From NCBI RefSeq assembly GCF_009914755.1, contig NC_060935.1: a DNA stretch of 64,000 nucleotides. The stretch is one strand, 5' to 3'. This document shows positions 11,441-24,300 of this stretch, piece after piece. Below the pieces are notes generated by a model. It made no database searches, had not been told where the DNA came from, and was given only the letters and a program-made list of their open reading frames with translations. Origin of the DNA: the human T2T-CHM13v2.0 reference genome, Homo sapiens. The stretch's first letter is position 1; each line of letters opens with the position of its first letter. The translations under genes were made by a program, and so were the position numbers.

Positions 11441-14400
11441 GACAGAAGCATTCTCAGAATGTTTTCTGTGATGACTGCATTCAACTCACAGAGGTGAACA
11501 ATCCTGTTGATGGAGCAGTTTTGAAACTCTCTTTCTTTGGATTCTGCAAGTGGATATGTGGACCTCTGTGAAGATTTCGTTGGAAACAGGTTCATCTTCA
11601 CAGAAAAACTAAACAGGAGCATTCTCAGAAACTGCTTTGTGATATTTGTGTTCCACTTCAAGAATTGAACTTTCCTCTTGACAGAGCAGCTCTGAAACCC
11701 TCTTTTTCTAGAATCTGCAAGTGGACATTTGGAGGGCTTTGAGGCCTGTGGTGGAAAAGGAAAATCTTCACATAAAAACTAGATGGAAGCATTCTCAGAA
11801 ACTACTTTGTGATGATTGCATTCGACTCACAGAGTTGAACATTCCTATAGATAGAGCAGGTTGAAAACAATCTTTTTGTAGAATCTGCGATTGGAGATTT
11901 GGACTGCTTTGAGGCCTACTGTAGTAAAGGAAATAACTTCATCTAAAAACCAAACGGAAGCATTCACAGACAATTCTTAGTGATCATTGGATTGAACTAA
12001 CAGAGCTGAACATTCCTTTAGATGGAGCAGATTCCAAACACACTTTCTGTAGAATCTGCAACTGGATATTTGGACCTCTCTGAGGATTTCGTTGGAAACG
12101 GGATAAACTTCCCAGAACTACACGGAAGCATTCTGAGAAACTTCTTTGTGATGTTTGCATTCAACTCACAGAGTTGAACCTTGCTTTCATAGTTCAGCTT
12201 TCAAACACTCTTTTTGTAGATTCTGCAAGTGGATATTTGGACCACTTTTTGGCCTTCCTTCGAAACGGGTATATCTTCGCATCAAACCTAGACAGAAGCA
12301 TTCTCACAATGTTTCCTGCGATGACTGCATTCAACTCACAGAGGTGAACAATCCTGCTGATGGAGCAGTTTTGAAACTCTCTTTCTTTGGATTCTGCAAG
12401 TGGATATGTGGACCTCTGTGAAGATTTCGTTGGAAACGGGTTCATCTTCACAGAAAAACTAAACAGGAGCATTCTCAGAAACTGCTTTGTGATGTTTGTG
12501 TTCCACTTCAAGAATTGAACTTTCCTCTTGACAGAGCAGCTCTGAAACCCTCTTTTTCTAGAATCTGCAAGTGGACATTGGGAGGGCTTTGAGGCCTGTG
12601 GTGGAAAAGGAAAATCTTCACATAAAAACTAGATGGAAGCACTCTCAGAAACTACTTTGTGATGATTGCATTCGACTCACAGAGTTGAACATTCCTATAG
12701 ATAGAGCAGGTTGTAAACAATCTTTTTGTAGAATCTGCGATTGGAGATTTGGACTGCTTTGAGGCCTACTGTAGTAAAGGAAATAACTTCATCTAAAAAC
12801 CAAACGGAAGCATTCACAGACAATTCTTAGTGATCATTGGATTGAACTAACAGAGCTGAACATTCCTTTAGATGGCGCAGTTTCCAAACACACTTTCTGT
12901 AGAATCTGCCACTGGATATTCGGACCTCTCTGAGGATTTCGTTGGAAACGGGCTAAACTTCCCAGAACTACACGGAAGCATTCTGAGAAACTTCTTTGTG
13001 ATGTTTGCATTCAACTCACAGAGTTGAACCTTGCTTTCATAGTTCAGCTTTCAAACACTCTTTTTGTAGAATCTGCAAGTGGATATTTGGACCACTTTGT
13101 GGCCTTCCTTCGAAACGGGTATATCTTCACATCAAACCTAGACAGAAGCATTCTCAGAATGTTTTCTGTGATGACTGCATTCAACTCACAGAGGTGAACA
13201 ATCCTGTTGATGGAGCAGTTTTGAAACTCTCTTTCTTTGGATTCTGCAAGTGGATATGTGGACCTCTGTGAAGATTTCGTTGGAAACGGGTTCATCTTCA
13301 CAGAAAAACTAAACAGGAGCATTCTCAGAAACTGCTTTGTGATGTTTGTGTTCCACTTCAAGAATTGAACTTTCCTCTTGACAGAGCAGCTCTGAAACCC
13401 TCTTTTTCTAGAATCTACAAGTGGACATTTGGAGGGCTTTGAGGCCTGTGGTGGAAAAGGAAAATCTTCACATAAAAACTAGATGGAAGCATTCTCAGAA
13501 ACTACTTTGTGATGATTGCATTCGACTCACAGAGTTGAACATTCCTACAGATAGAGCAGGTTGAAAACAATCTTTTTGTAGAATCTGCGATTGGAGATTT
13601 GGACTGCTTTGAGGCCTACTGTAGTAAAGGAAATAACTTCATCTAAAAACCAAACGGAAGCATTCACAGACAATTCTTAGTGATCATTGGATTGAACTAA
13701 CAGAGCTGAACATTCCTTTAGATGGCGCAGTTTCCAAACACACTTTCTGTAGAATCTGCCACTGGATATTTGGACCTCTCTGAGGATTTCGTTGGAAACA
13801 GGATAAACTTCCCAGAACTACACGGAAGCATTCTGAGAAACTTCTTTGTGATGTTTGCATTCAACTCACAGAGTTGAACCTTGCTTTCATAGTTCAGCTT
13901 TCAAACACTCTTTTTGTAGAATCTGCAAGTGGATATTTGGACCACTTTGTGGCCTTCCTTCGAAACGGGTATATCTTCACATCAAACCTAGACAGAAGCA
14001 TTCTCAGAATGTTTTCTGTGATGACTGCATTCAACTCACAGAGGTGAACAATCCTGCTGATGGACCAGTTTTGAAACTCTCTTTCTTTGGATTCTGCAAG
14101 TGGATATGTGGACCTCTGTGAAGATTTCGTTGGAAACGGGTTCATCTTCACAGAAAAACTAAACAGGAGCATTCTCAGAAACTGCTTTGTGATGTTTGTG
14201 TTCCACTTCAAGTATTGAACTTTCCTCTTGACAGAGCAGCTCTGAAACCCTCTTTTTCTAGAATCTGCAAGTGGACATTTGGAGGGCTTTGAGGCCTGTG
14301 GTGGAAAAGGAAACTCTTCACATAAAAACTAGATGGAAGCATTCTCAGAAACTACTTTGTGATGATTGCATTCAACTCACAGAGTTGAACATTCGTATAG

Positions 14401-15300
14401 ATGGAGCAGGTTGTAAACAATCTTTTTGTAGAATCTGCGATTGGAGATTTGGACTGCTTTGAGGCCTACTGTAGTAAAGGAAATAACTTCATCTAAAAAC
14501 CAAACGGAAGCATTCACAGACAATTCTTAGTGATCATTGGATTGAACTAACAGAGCTGAACATTCCTTTAGATGGCGCAGTTTCCAAACACACTTTCTGT
14601 AGAATCTGCCACTGGATATTTGGACCTCTCTGAGGATTTCGTTGGAAACGGGCTAAACTTCCCAGAAATACACGGAAGCATTCTGAGAAAATTCTTTGTG
14701 ATGTCTGCATTCAACTCACAGAGGTGAACCTTGCTTTCATAGTTCAGCTTTCAAACACTCTTTTTGTAGGATCTGCAAGTGGATATTTGGACCACTTTGT
14801 GGCCTTCCTTCGAAACGGGTATATCTTCACATCAAACCTAGACAGAAGCATTCTCAGAATGTTTCCTGTGATGACTGCATTCAACTCACAGAGGTGAACA
14901 ATCCTGCTGATGGACCAGTTTTGAAACTCTCTTTCTTTGGATTCTGCAAGTGGATATGTGGACCTCTGTGAAGATTTCGTTGGAAACGGGTTCATCTTCA
15001 CAGAAAAACTAAACAGGAGCATTCTCAGAAACTGCTTTGTGATGTTTGTGTTCCACTTCAGGAATTGAACTTTCCTCTTGACAGAGCAGCTCCGAAACCC
15101 TCTTTTTCTAGAATCTGCAAGTGGACATTTGGAGGGCTTTGAGGCCTGTGGTGGAAAAGGAAAATCTTCACATAAAAACTAGATGGAAGCATTCTCAGAA
15201 ACTACTTTGTGATGATTGCATTTGTCTCACAGAGTTGAACATTCTTATAGATAGAGCAGGTTGTAAACAATCTTTTTGTAGAATCTGCGATTGGAGATTT

Positions 15301-18300
15301 GGACTGCTTTGAGGCCTACTGTAGTAAAGGAAATAACTTCATCTAAAAACCAAACGGAAGCATTCACAGACAATTCTTAGTGATCATTGGATTGAACTAA
15401 CAGAGCTGAACATTCCTTTAGATGGCGCAGTTTCCAAACACACTTTCTGTAGAATCTGCCACTGGATATTTGGACCTCTCTGAGGATTTCGTTGGAAACG
15501 GGCTAAATTTCCCAGAACTACACTGAAGCATTCTGAGAAACTTCTTTGTGATGTTTGCATTCAACTCACAGAGTTGAACCTTGCTTTCATAGTTCAGCTT
15601 TCAAACACTCTTTTTGTAGAATCTGCAAGTGGATATTTGGACCACTTTGTGGCCTTCCTTCGAAACGGGTATATCTTCACATCAAACCTAGACAGAAGCA
15701 TTCTCAGAATGTTTCCTGTGATGACTGCATTCAACTCACAGAGGTGAACAATCCTGCTGATGGAGCAGTTTTGAAACTCTCTTTCTTTGGATTCTGCAAG
15801 TGGATATGTGGACCTCTGTGAAGATTTCGTTGGAAACGGGTTCATCTTCACAGAAAAAATAACCAGGAGTATTCTCAGAAACTGCTTTGTGATGTTTGTG
15901 TTCCACTTCAGGAATTGAACTTTCCTCTTGACAGAGCAGCTCTGAAACCCTCTTTTTCTAGAATCTGCAAGTGGACATTTGGAGGGCTTTGAGGCCTGTG
16001 GTGGAAAAGGAAAATCTTCACATAAAAACTAGATGGAAGCACTCTCAGAAACTACTTTGTGATGATTGCATTCGACTCACAGAGTTGAACATTCCTATAG
16101 ATAGAGCAGGTTGTAAACAATCTTTTTGTAGAATCTGCGATTGGAGATTTGGACTGCTTTGAGGCCTACTGTAGTAAAGGAAATAACTTCATCTAAAAAC
16201 CAAACGGAAGCATTCACAGACAATTCTTAGTGATCATTGGATTGAACTAACAGAGCTGAACATTCCTTTAGATGGCGCAGTTTCCAAACACACTTTCTGT
16301 AGAATCTGCCACTGGATGTTTGGACCTCTCTGAGGATTTCGTTGGAAACGGGCTAAACTTCCCAGAACTACACGGAAGCATTCTGAGAAACTTCTTTGTG
16401 ATGTTTGCATTCAACTCACAGAGTTGAAACTTGCTTTCATAGTTCAGTTTCAAACACTCTTTTTGTAGAATCTGCAAGTGGATATTTGGACCACTTTGTG
16501 GCCTTCCTTCGAAACGGGTATATCTTCACATCAAACCTAGACAGAAGCATTCTCAGAATGTTTTCTGTGATGACTGCATTCAACTCACAGAGGTGAACAA
16601 TCCTGTTGATGGAGCAGTTTTGAAACTCTCTTTCTTTGGATTCTGCAAGTGGATATGTGGACCTCTGTGAAGATTTCGTTGGAAACGGGTTCATCTTCAC
16701 AGAAAAGCTAAACAGGAGCATTCTCAGAAACTGCTTTGTGATGTTTGTGTTCCACTTCAAGAATTGAACTCTCCTCTTGACAGAGCAGCTCTGAAACCCT
16801 CTTTTTCTAGAATCTGCAAGTGGACATTTGGAGGGCTTTGAGGCCTGTGGTGGAAAAGGAAAATCTTCACATAAAAACTAGATGGAAGCATTCTCAGAAA
16901 CTACTTTGTGATGATTGCATTCGACTCACAGAGTTGAACATTCCTATAGATAGAGCAGGTTGAAAACAATCTTTTTGTAGAATCTGCGATTGGAGATTTG
17001 GACTGCTTTGAGGCCTACTGTAGTAAAGGAAATAACTTCATCTAAAAACCAAACGGAAGCATTCACAGACAATTCTTAGTGATCATTGGATTGAACTAAC
17101 AGAGCTGAACATTCCTTTAGATGGCGCAGTTTCCAAACACACTTTCTGTAGAATCTGCAAGTGGATATTTGGACCTCTCTGAGGATTTCGTTGGAAACGG
17201 GATAAACTTCCCAGAACTACACGGAAGTATTCTGAGAAACTTCTTTGTGATGTTTGCATTCAACTCACAGAGTTGAACCTTGCTTTCATAGTTCAGCTTT
17301 CAAACACTCTTTTTGTAGAATCTGCAAGTGGATATTTGGACCACTTTGTGGCCTTCCTTCCAAACGGGTATATCTTCACATCAAACCTAGACAGAAGCAT
17401 TCTCAGAATGTTTCCTGTGATGACTGCATTCAACTCACAGAGGTAAACAATCCTGCTGATGGAGCAGTTTTGAAACTCTCTTTCTTTGGATTCTGCAAGT
17501 GGATATGTGGACCTCTGTGAAGATTTCGTTGGAAACGGGTTCATCTTCACAGAAAAAATAACCAGGAGCATTCTCAGAAACTGCTTTGTGATGTTTGTGT
17601 TCCACTTCAGGAATTGAACTTTCCTCTTGACAGAGCAGCTCTGAAACCCTCTTTTTCTAGAATCTGCAAGTGGACATTTGGAGGGCTTTGAGGCCTGTGG
17701 TGGAAAAGGAAACTCTTCACATAAAAACTAGATGGAAGCATTCTCAGAAACTACTTTGTGATGATTGCATTCGACTCACAGAGTTGAACATTCCTATAGA
17801 TAGAGCACGTTGTAAACAATCTTTTTGTAGAATCTGTGATTGGAGATTTGGACTGCTTTGAGGCCTACTGTAGTAAAGGAAATAACTTCATCTAAAAACC
17901 AAACGGAAGCATTCACAGACAATTCTTAGTGATCATTGGATTGAACTAACAGAGCTGAACATTCCTTTAGATGGAGCAGATTCCAAACACACTTTCTGTA
18001 GAATCTGCAACTGGATATTTGGACCTCTCTGAGGATTTCGTTGGAAACGGGATAAACTTCCCAGAACTACACGGAAGCATTCTGAGAAACTTCTTTGTGA
18101 TGTTTGCATTCAACTCACAGAGTTGAACCTTGCTTTCATAGTTCAGCTTTCAAACACTCTTTTTGTAGATTCTGCAAGTGGATATTTGGACCACTTTGTG
18201 GCCTTCCTTCGAAACGGGTATATCTTCACATCAAACCTAGACAGAAGCATTCTCAGAATGTTTTCTGTGATGACTGCATTCAACTCACAGAGGTGAACAA

Positions 18301-21300
18301 TCCTGTTGATGGAGCAGTTTTGAAACTCTCTTTCTTTGGATTCTGCAAGTGGATATGTGGACCTCTGTGAAGATTTCGTTGGAAACGGGTTCATCTTCAC
18401 AGAAAAACTAAACAGGAGCATTCTCAGAAACTGCTTTGTGATGTTTGTGTTCCACTTCAAGAATTGAACTTTCCTCTTGACAGAGCAGCTCTGAAACCCT
18501 CTTTTTCTAGAATCTGCAAGTGGACATTTGGAGGGCTTTGAGGCCTGTGGTGGAAAAGGAAAATCTTCACATAAAAACTAGATGGAAGCATTCTCAGAAA
18601 CTACTTTGTGATGATTGCATTCGACTCACAGAGTTGAACATTCCTATAGATAGAGCAGGTTGAAAACAATCTTTTTGTAGAATCTGCGATTGGAGATTTG
18701 GACTGCTTTGAGGCCTACTGTAGTAAAGGAAATAACTTCATCTAAAAACCAAACGGAAGCATTCACAGACAATTCTTAGTGATCATTGTATTGAACTAAC
18801 AGAGCTGAACATTCCTTTAGATGGAGCAGATTCCAAACAAACTTTCTGTAGAATCTGCAACTGGATATTTGGACCTCTCTGAGGATTTCGTTGGAAACGG
18901 GATAAACTTCCCAGAACTACACGGAAGCATTCTGAGAAACTTCTTTGTGATGTTTGCATTCAACTCACAGAGTTGAACCTTGCTTTCATAGTTCAGCTTT
19001 CAAACACTCTTTTTGTAGAATCTGCAAGTGGATATTTGGACCACTTTTTGGCCTTCCTTCGAAACGGGTATATCTTCGCATCAAACCTAGACAGAAGCAT
19101 TCTCAGAATGTTTCCTGCGATGACTGCATTCAACTCACAGAGGTGAACAATCCTGCTGATGGAGCAGTTTTGAAACTCTCTTTCTTTGGATTCTGCAAGT
19201 GGATATGTGGACCTCTGTGAAGATTTCGTTGGAAACGGGTTCATCATCACAGAAAAACTAAACAGGAGCATTCTCAGAAACTGCTTTGTGATGTTTGTGT
19301 TCCACTTCAAGAATTGAACTTTCCTCTTGACAGAGCAGCTCTGAAACCCTCTTTTTCTAGAATCTGCATGTGGACATTTGGAGGGCTTTGAGGCCTGTGG
19401 TGGAAAAGGAAAATATTCACATAAAAACTAGATGGAAGCATTCTCAGAAACTACTTTGTGATGATTGCATTCGACTCACAGAGTTGTACATTCCTATAGA
19501 TAGAGCAGGTTGTCAACAATCTTTTTGTAGAATCTGCGATTGGAGATTTGGACTGCTTTGAGGCCTACTGTAGTAAAGGAAATAACTTCATCTAAAAACC
19601 AAACGGAAGCATTCACAGACAATTCTTAGTGATCATTGGATTGAAATAACTGAGCTGAACATTCCTTTAGATGGCGCAGTTTCCAAACACACTTTCTGTA
19701 GAATCTGCAAGTGGATATTTGGACCTCTCTGAGGATTTCGTTGGAAAAGGGATAAACTTCCCAGAACTACACGGAAGTATTCTGAGAAACTTCTTTGTGA
19801 TGTTTGCATTCAACTCACAGAGTTGAACCTTGCTTTCATAGTTCAGCTTTCAAACACTCTTTTTGTAGGATCTGCAAGTGGATATTTGGACCATTTTGTG
19901 GCCTTCCTTCGAAACGGGTATATCTTCACATCAAACCTAGACAGAAGCATTCTCAGAATGTTTCTTGTGATGACTGCATTCAACTCACAGAGGTGAACAA
20001 TCCTGCCGATGGACCAGTTTTGAAACTCTCTTTCTTTGGATTCTGCAAGTGGATATGTGGACGTCTGTGAACATTTCGTTGGAAACGGGTTCATCTTCAC
20101 AGAAAAACTAAACAGGAGCATTCTCAGAAACTGCTTTGTGATGTTTGTGTTCCACTTCAGGAATTGAACTTTCCTCTTGACAGAGCAGCTCTGAAACCCT
20201 CTTTTTCTAGAATCTGCAAGTGGACATTTGGAGGGCTTTGAGGCCTGTGGTGGAAAAGGAAAATCTTCACATAAAAACTAGATGGAAGCATTCTCAGAAA
20301 CTACTTTGTGATGGTTGCATTCGACTCACAGAGTTGAACATTCCTATAGATAGAGCAGGTTGTAAACAATCTTTTTGTAGAATCTGCGATTGGAGATTTG
20401 GACTGCTTTGAGGCCTACTGTAGTAAAGGAAATAACTTCATCTAAAAACCAAACGGAAGCATTCACAGACAATTCTTAGTGATCATTGGATTGAACTAAC
20501 AGAGCTGAACATTCCCTTAGATGGAGCAGTTTCCAAACACACTTTCTGTAGAATCTGGAAGTGGATATTTGGACCTCTCTGAGGATTTCGTTGGAAACGG
20601 GCTAATCTTCCCAGAACTACACGGAAGCATTCTGAGAAACTTCTTTGTGATGTTTGCATTCAACTCACAGAGTTGAACCTTGCTTTCATAGTTCAGCTTT
20701 CAAACACTCTTTTTGTAGAATCTGCAAGTGGATATTTGGACCACTTTGTGGCCTTCCTTCGAAACGGGTATATCTTCACATCAAACCTAGACAGAAGCAT
20801 TCTCAGAATGTTTCCTGTGATGACTGCATTCAACTCACAGAGGTGAACAATCCTGCTGATGGAGCAGTTTTGAAACTCTCTTTCTTTGGATTCTGCAAGT
20901 GGATATGTGGACCTCTGTGAAGATTTCGTTGGAAACAGGTTCATCTTCACAGAAAAACTAAACAGGAGCATTCTCAGAAACTGCTTTGTGATGTTTGTGT
21001 TCCACTTCAGGAATTGAACTTTCCTCTTGACAGAGCTGCTCTGAAACCCTCTTTTTCTAGAATCTGCATGTGGACATTTGGAGGGCTTTGAGGCCTGTGG
21101 TGGAAAAGGAAAATCTTCACATAAAAACTAGATGGAAGCATTCTCAGAAACTACTTTGTGATGATTGCATTCGACTCACAGAGTTGTACATTCCTATAGA
21201 TAGAGCAGGTTGTAAACAATCTTTTTGTAGAATCTGCGATTGGAGATTTGGACTGCTTTGAGGCCTACTGTAGTAAAGGAAATAACTTCATCTAAAAACC

Positions 21301-24300
21301 AAACGGAAGCATTCACAGACAATTCTTAGTGATCATTGGTTTGAAATAACTGAGCTGAACATTCCTTTAGATGGCGCAGTTTCCAAACACACTTTCTGTA
21401 GAATCTGCAAGTGGATATTTGGACCTCTCTGAGGATTTCGTTGGAAACGGGATAAACTTCCCAGAACTACACGGAAGCATTCTGAGAAACTTCTTTGTGA
21501 TGTTTGCATTCAACTCACAGAGTTGAACCTTGCTTTCATAGTTCAGCTTTGAAACACTCTTTTTGTAGAATCTGCAAGTGGATATTTGGATCACTTTGTG
21601 GCCTTCCTTCGAAACGGGTATATCTTCACATCAAACCTAGACAGAAGCATTCTCAGAATGTTTCCTGTGATGACTGCATTCAACTCACAGAGGTGAACAA
21701 TCCTGCTGATGGACCAGTTTTGAAACTCTCTTTCTTTGGATTCTGCAAGTGGATATGTGGACCTCTGTGAAGATTTCGTTGGAAACGGGTTCATCTTCAC
21801 AGAAAAACTAAACAGGAGCATTCTCAGAAACTGCTTTGTGATGTTTGTGTTCCACTTCAGGAATTGAACTTTCCTCTTGACAGAGCAGCTCTGAAACCCT
21901 CTTTTTCTAGAATCTGCAAGTGGAGATTTGGAGGGCTTTGAGGCCTGTGGTGGAATAGGAAAATCTTCACATAAAAACTAGATGGAAGCATTCTCAGAAA
22001 CTACTTTGTGATGGTTGCATTCGACTCACAGAGTTGAACATTCCTATAGATAGAGCAGGTTGTAAACAATCTTTTTGTAGAATCTGCGATTGGAGATTTG
22101 GACTGCTTTGAGGCCTTCTGTAGTAAAGGAAATAACTTCATCTAAAAACCAAACGGAAGCATTCACAGACAATTCTTAGTGATCATTGGATTGAACTAAC
22201 AGAGCTGAACATTCCTTTAGATGGCGCAGTTTCCAAACACACTTTCTGTAGAATATGCAAGTGGATATTTGGACCTCTCTGAGGATTTCGTTGGAAACGG
22301 GCTAAACTTCCCAGAACTACACGGAAGCATTCTGAGAAACTTCTTTGTGATGTTTGCATTCAACTCACAGAGTTGAACCTTGCTTTCATAGTTCAGCTTT
22401 CAAACACTCTTTTTGTAGAATCTGCAAGTGGATATTTGGACCACTTTGTGGCCTTCCTTCGAAACGGGTATATCTTCACATCAAACCTAGACCGAAGCAT
22501 TCTCAGAATGTTTCCTCTGATGACTGCATTCAACTCACAGAGGTGAACAATCCTGCTGATGGAGCAGTTTTGAAACTCTCTTTCTTTGGATTCTGCAAGT
22601 GGATATGTGGACCTCTGTGAAGATTTCATTGGAAACGGGTTCATCTTCACAGAAAAACTAAACAGGAGCATTCTCAGAAACTGCTTTGTGATGTTTGTGT
22701 TCCACTTCAGGAATTGAACTTTCCTCTTGACAGAGCAGCTCTGAAACCCTCTTTTTCTAGAATCTGCATGTGGACATTTGGAGGGCTTTGAGGCCTGTGG
22801 TGGAAAAGGAAAATATTCACATAAAAACTAGATGGAAGCATTCTCAGAAACTACTTTGTGATGATTGCATTCGACTCACAGAGTTGTACATTCCTATAGA
22901 TAGAGCAGGTTGTCAACAATCTTTTTGTAGAATCTGCGATTGGAGATTTGGACTGCTTTGAGGCCTACTGTAGTAAAGGAAATAACTTCATCTAAAAACC
23001 AAACGGAAGCATTCACAGACAATTCTTAGTGATCATTGGATTGAAATAACTGAGCTGAACATTCCTTTAGATGGCGCAGTTTCCAAACACACTTTCTGTA
23101 GAATCTGCAAGTGGATATTTGGACCTCTCTGAGGATTTCGTTGGAAAAGGGATAAACTTCCCAGAACTACACGGAAGTATTCTGAGAAACTTCTTTGTGA
23201 TGTTTGCATTCAACTCACAGAGTTGAACCTTGCTTTCATAGTTCAGCTTTCAAACACTCTTTTTGTAGGATCTGCAAGTGGATATTTGGACCACTTTGTG
23301 GCCTTCCTTCGAAACGGGTATATCTAAACATCAAACCTAGACAGAAGCATTCTCAGAATGTTTCCTGTGATGACTGCATTCAACTCACAGAGGTGAACAA
23401 TCCTGCCGATGGACCAGTTTTGAAACTCTCTTTCTTTGGATTCTGCAAGTGGATATGTGGACCTCTGTGAACATTTCGTTGGAAACGGGTTCATCTTCAC
23501 AGAAAAACTAAACAGGAGCATTCTCAGAAACTGCTTTGTGATGTTTGTGTTCCACTTCAGGAATTGAACTTTCCTCTTGACAGAGCAGCTCTGAAACCCT
23601 CTTTTTCTAGAATCTGCAAGTGGACATTTGGAGGGCTTTGAGGCCTGTGGTGGAAAAGGAAAATCTTCACATAAAAACTAGATGGAAGCATTCTCAGAAA
23701 CTACTTTGTGATGGTTGCATTCGACTCACAGAGTTGAACATTCCTATAGATAGAGCAGGTTGTAAACAATCTTTTTGTAGAATCTGCGATTGGAGATTTG
23801 GACTGCTTTGAGGCCTACTGTAGTAAAGGAAATAACTTCATCTAAAAACCAAACGGAAGCATTCACAGACAATTCTTAGTGATCATTGGATTGAACTAAC
23901 AGAGCTGAACATTCCCTTAGATGGAGCAGTTTCCAAACACACTTTCTGTAGAATCTGGAAGTGGATATTTGGACCTCTCTGAGGATTTCGTTGGAAACGG
24001 GCTAATCTTCCCAGAACTACACGGAAGCATTCTGAGAAACTTCTTTGTGATGTTTGCATTCAACTCACAGAGTTGAACCTTGCTTTCATAGTTCAGCTTT
24101 CAAACACTCTTTTTGTAGAATCTGCAAGTGGATATTAGGACCACTTTGTGGCCTTCCTTCGAAACGGGTATATCTTCACATCAAACCTAGACAGAAGCAT
24201 TCTCAGAATGTTTCCTGTGATGACTGCATTCAACTCACAGAGGTGAACAATCCTGCTGATGGAGCAGTTTTGAAACTCTCTTTCTTTGGATTCTGCAAGT

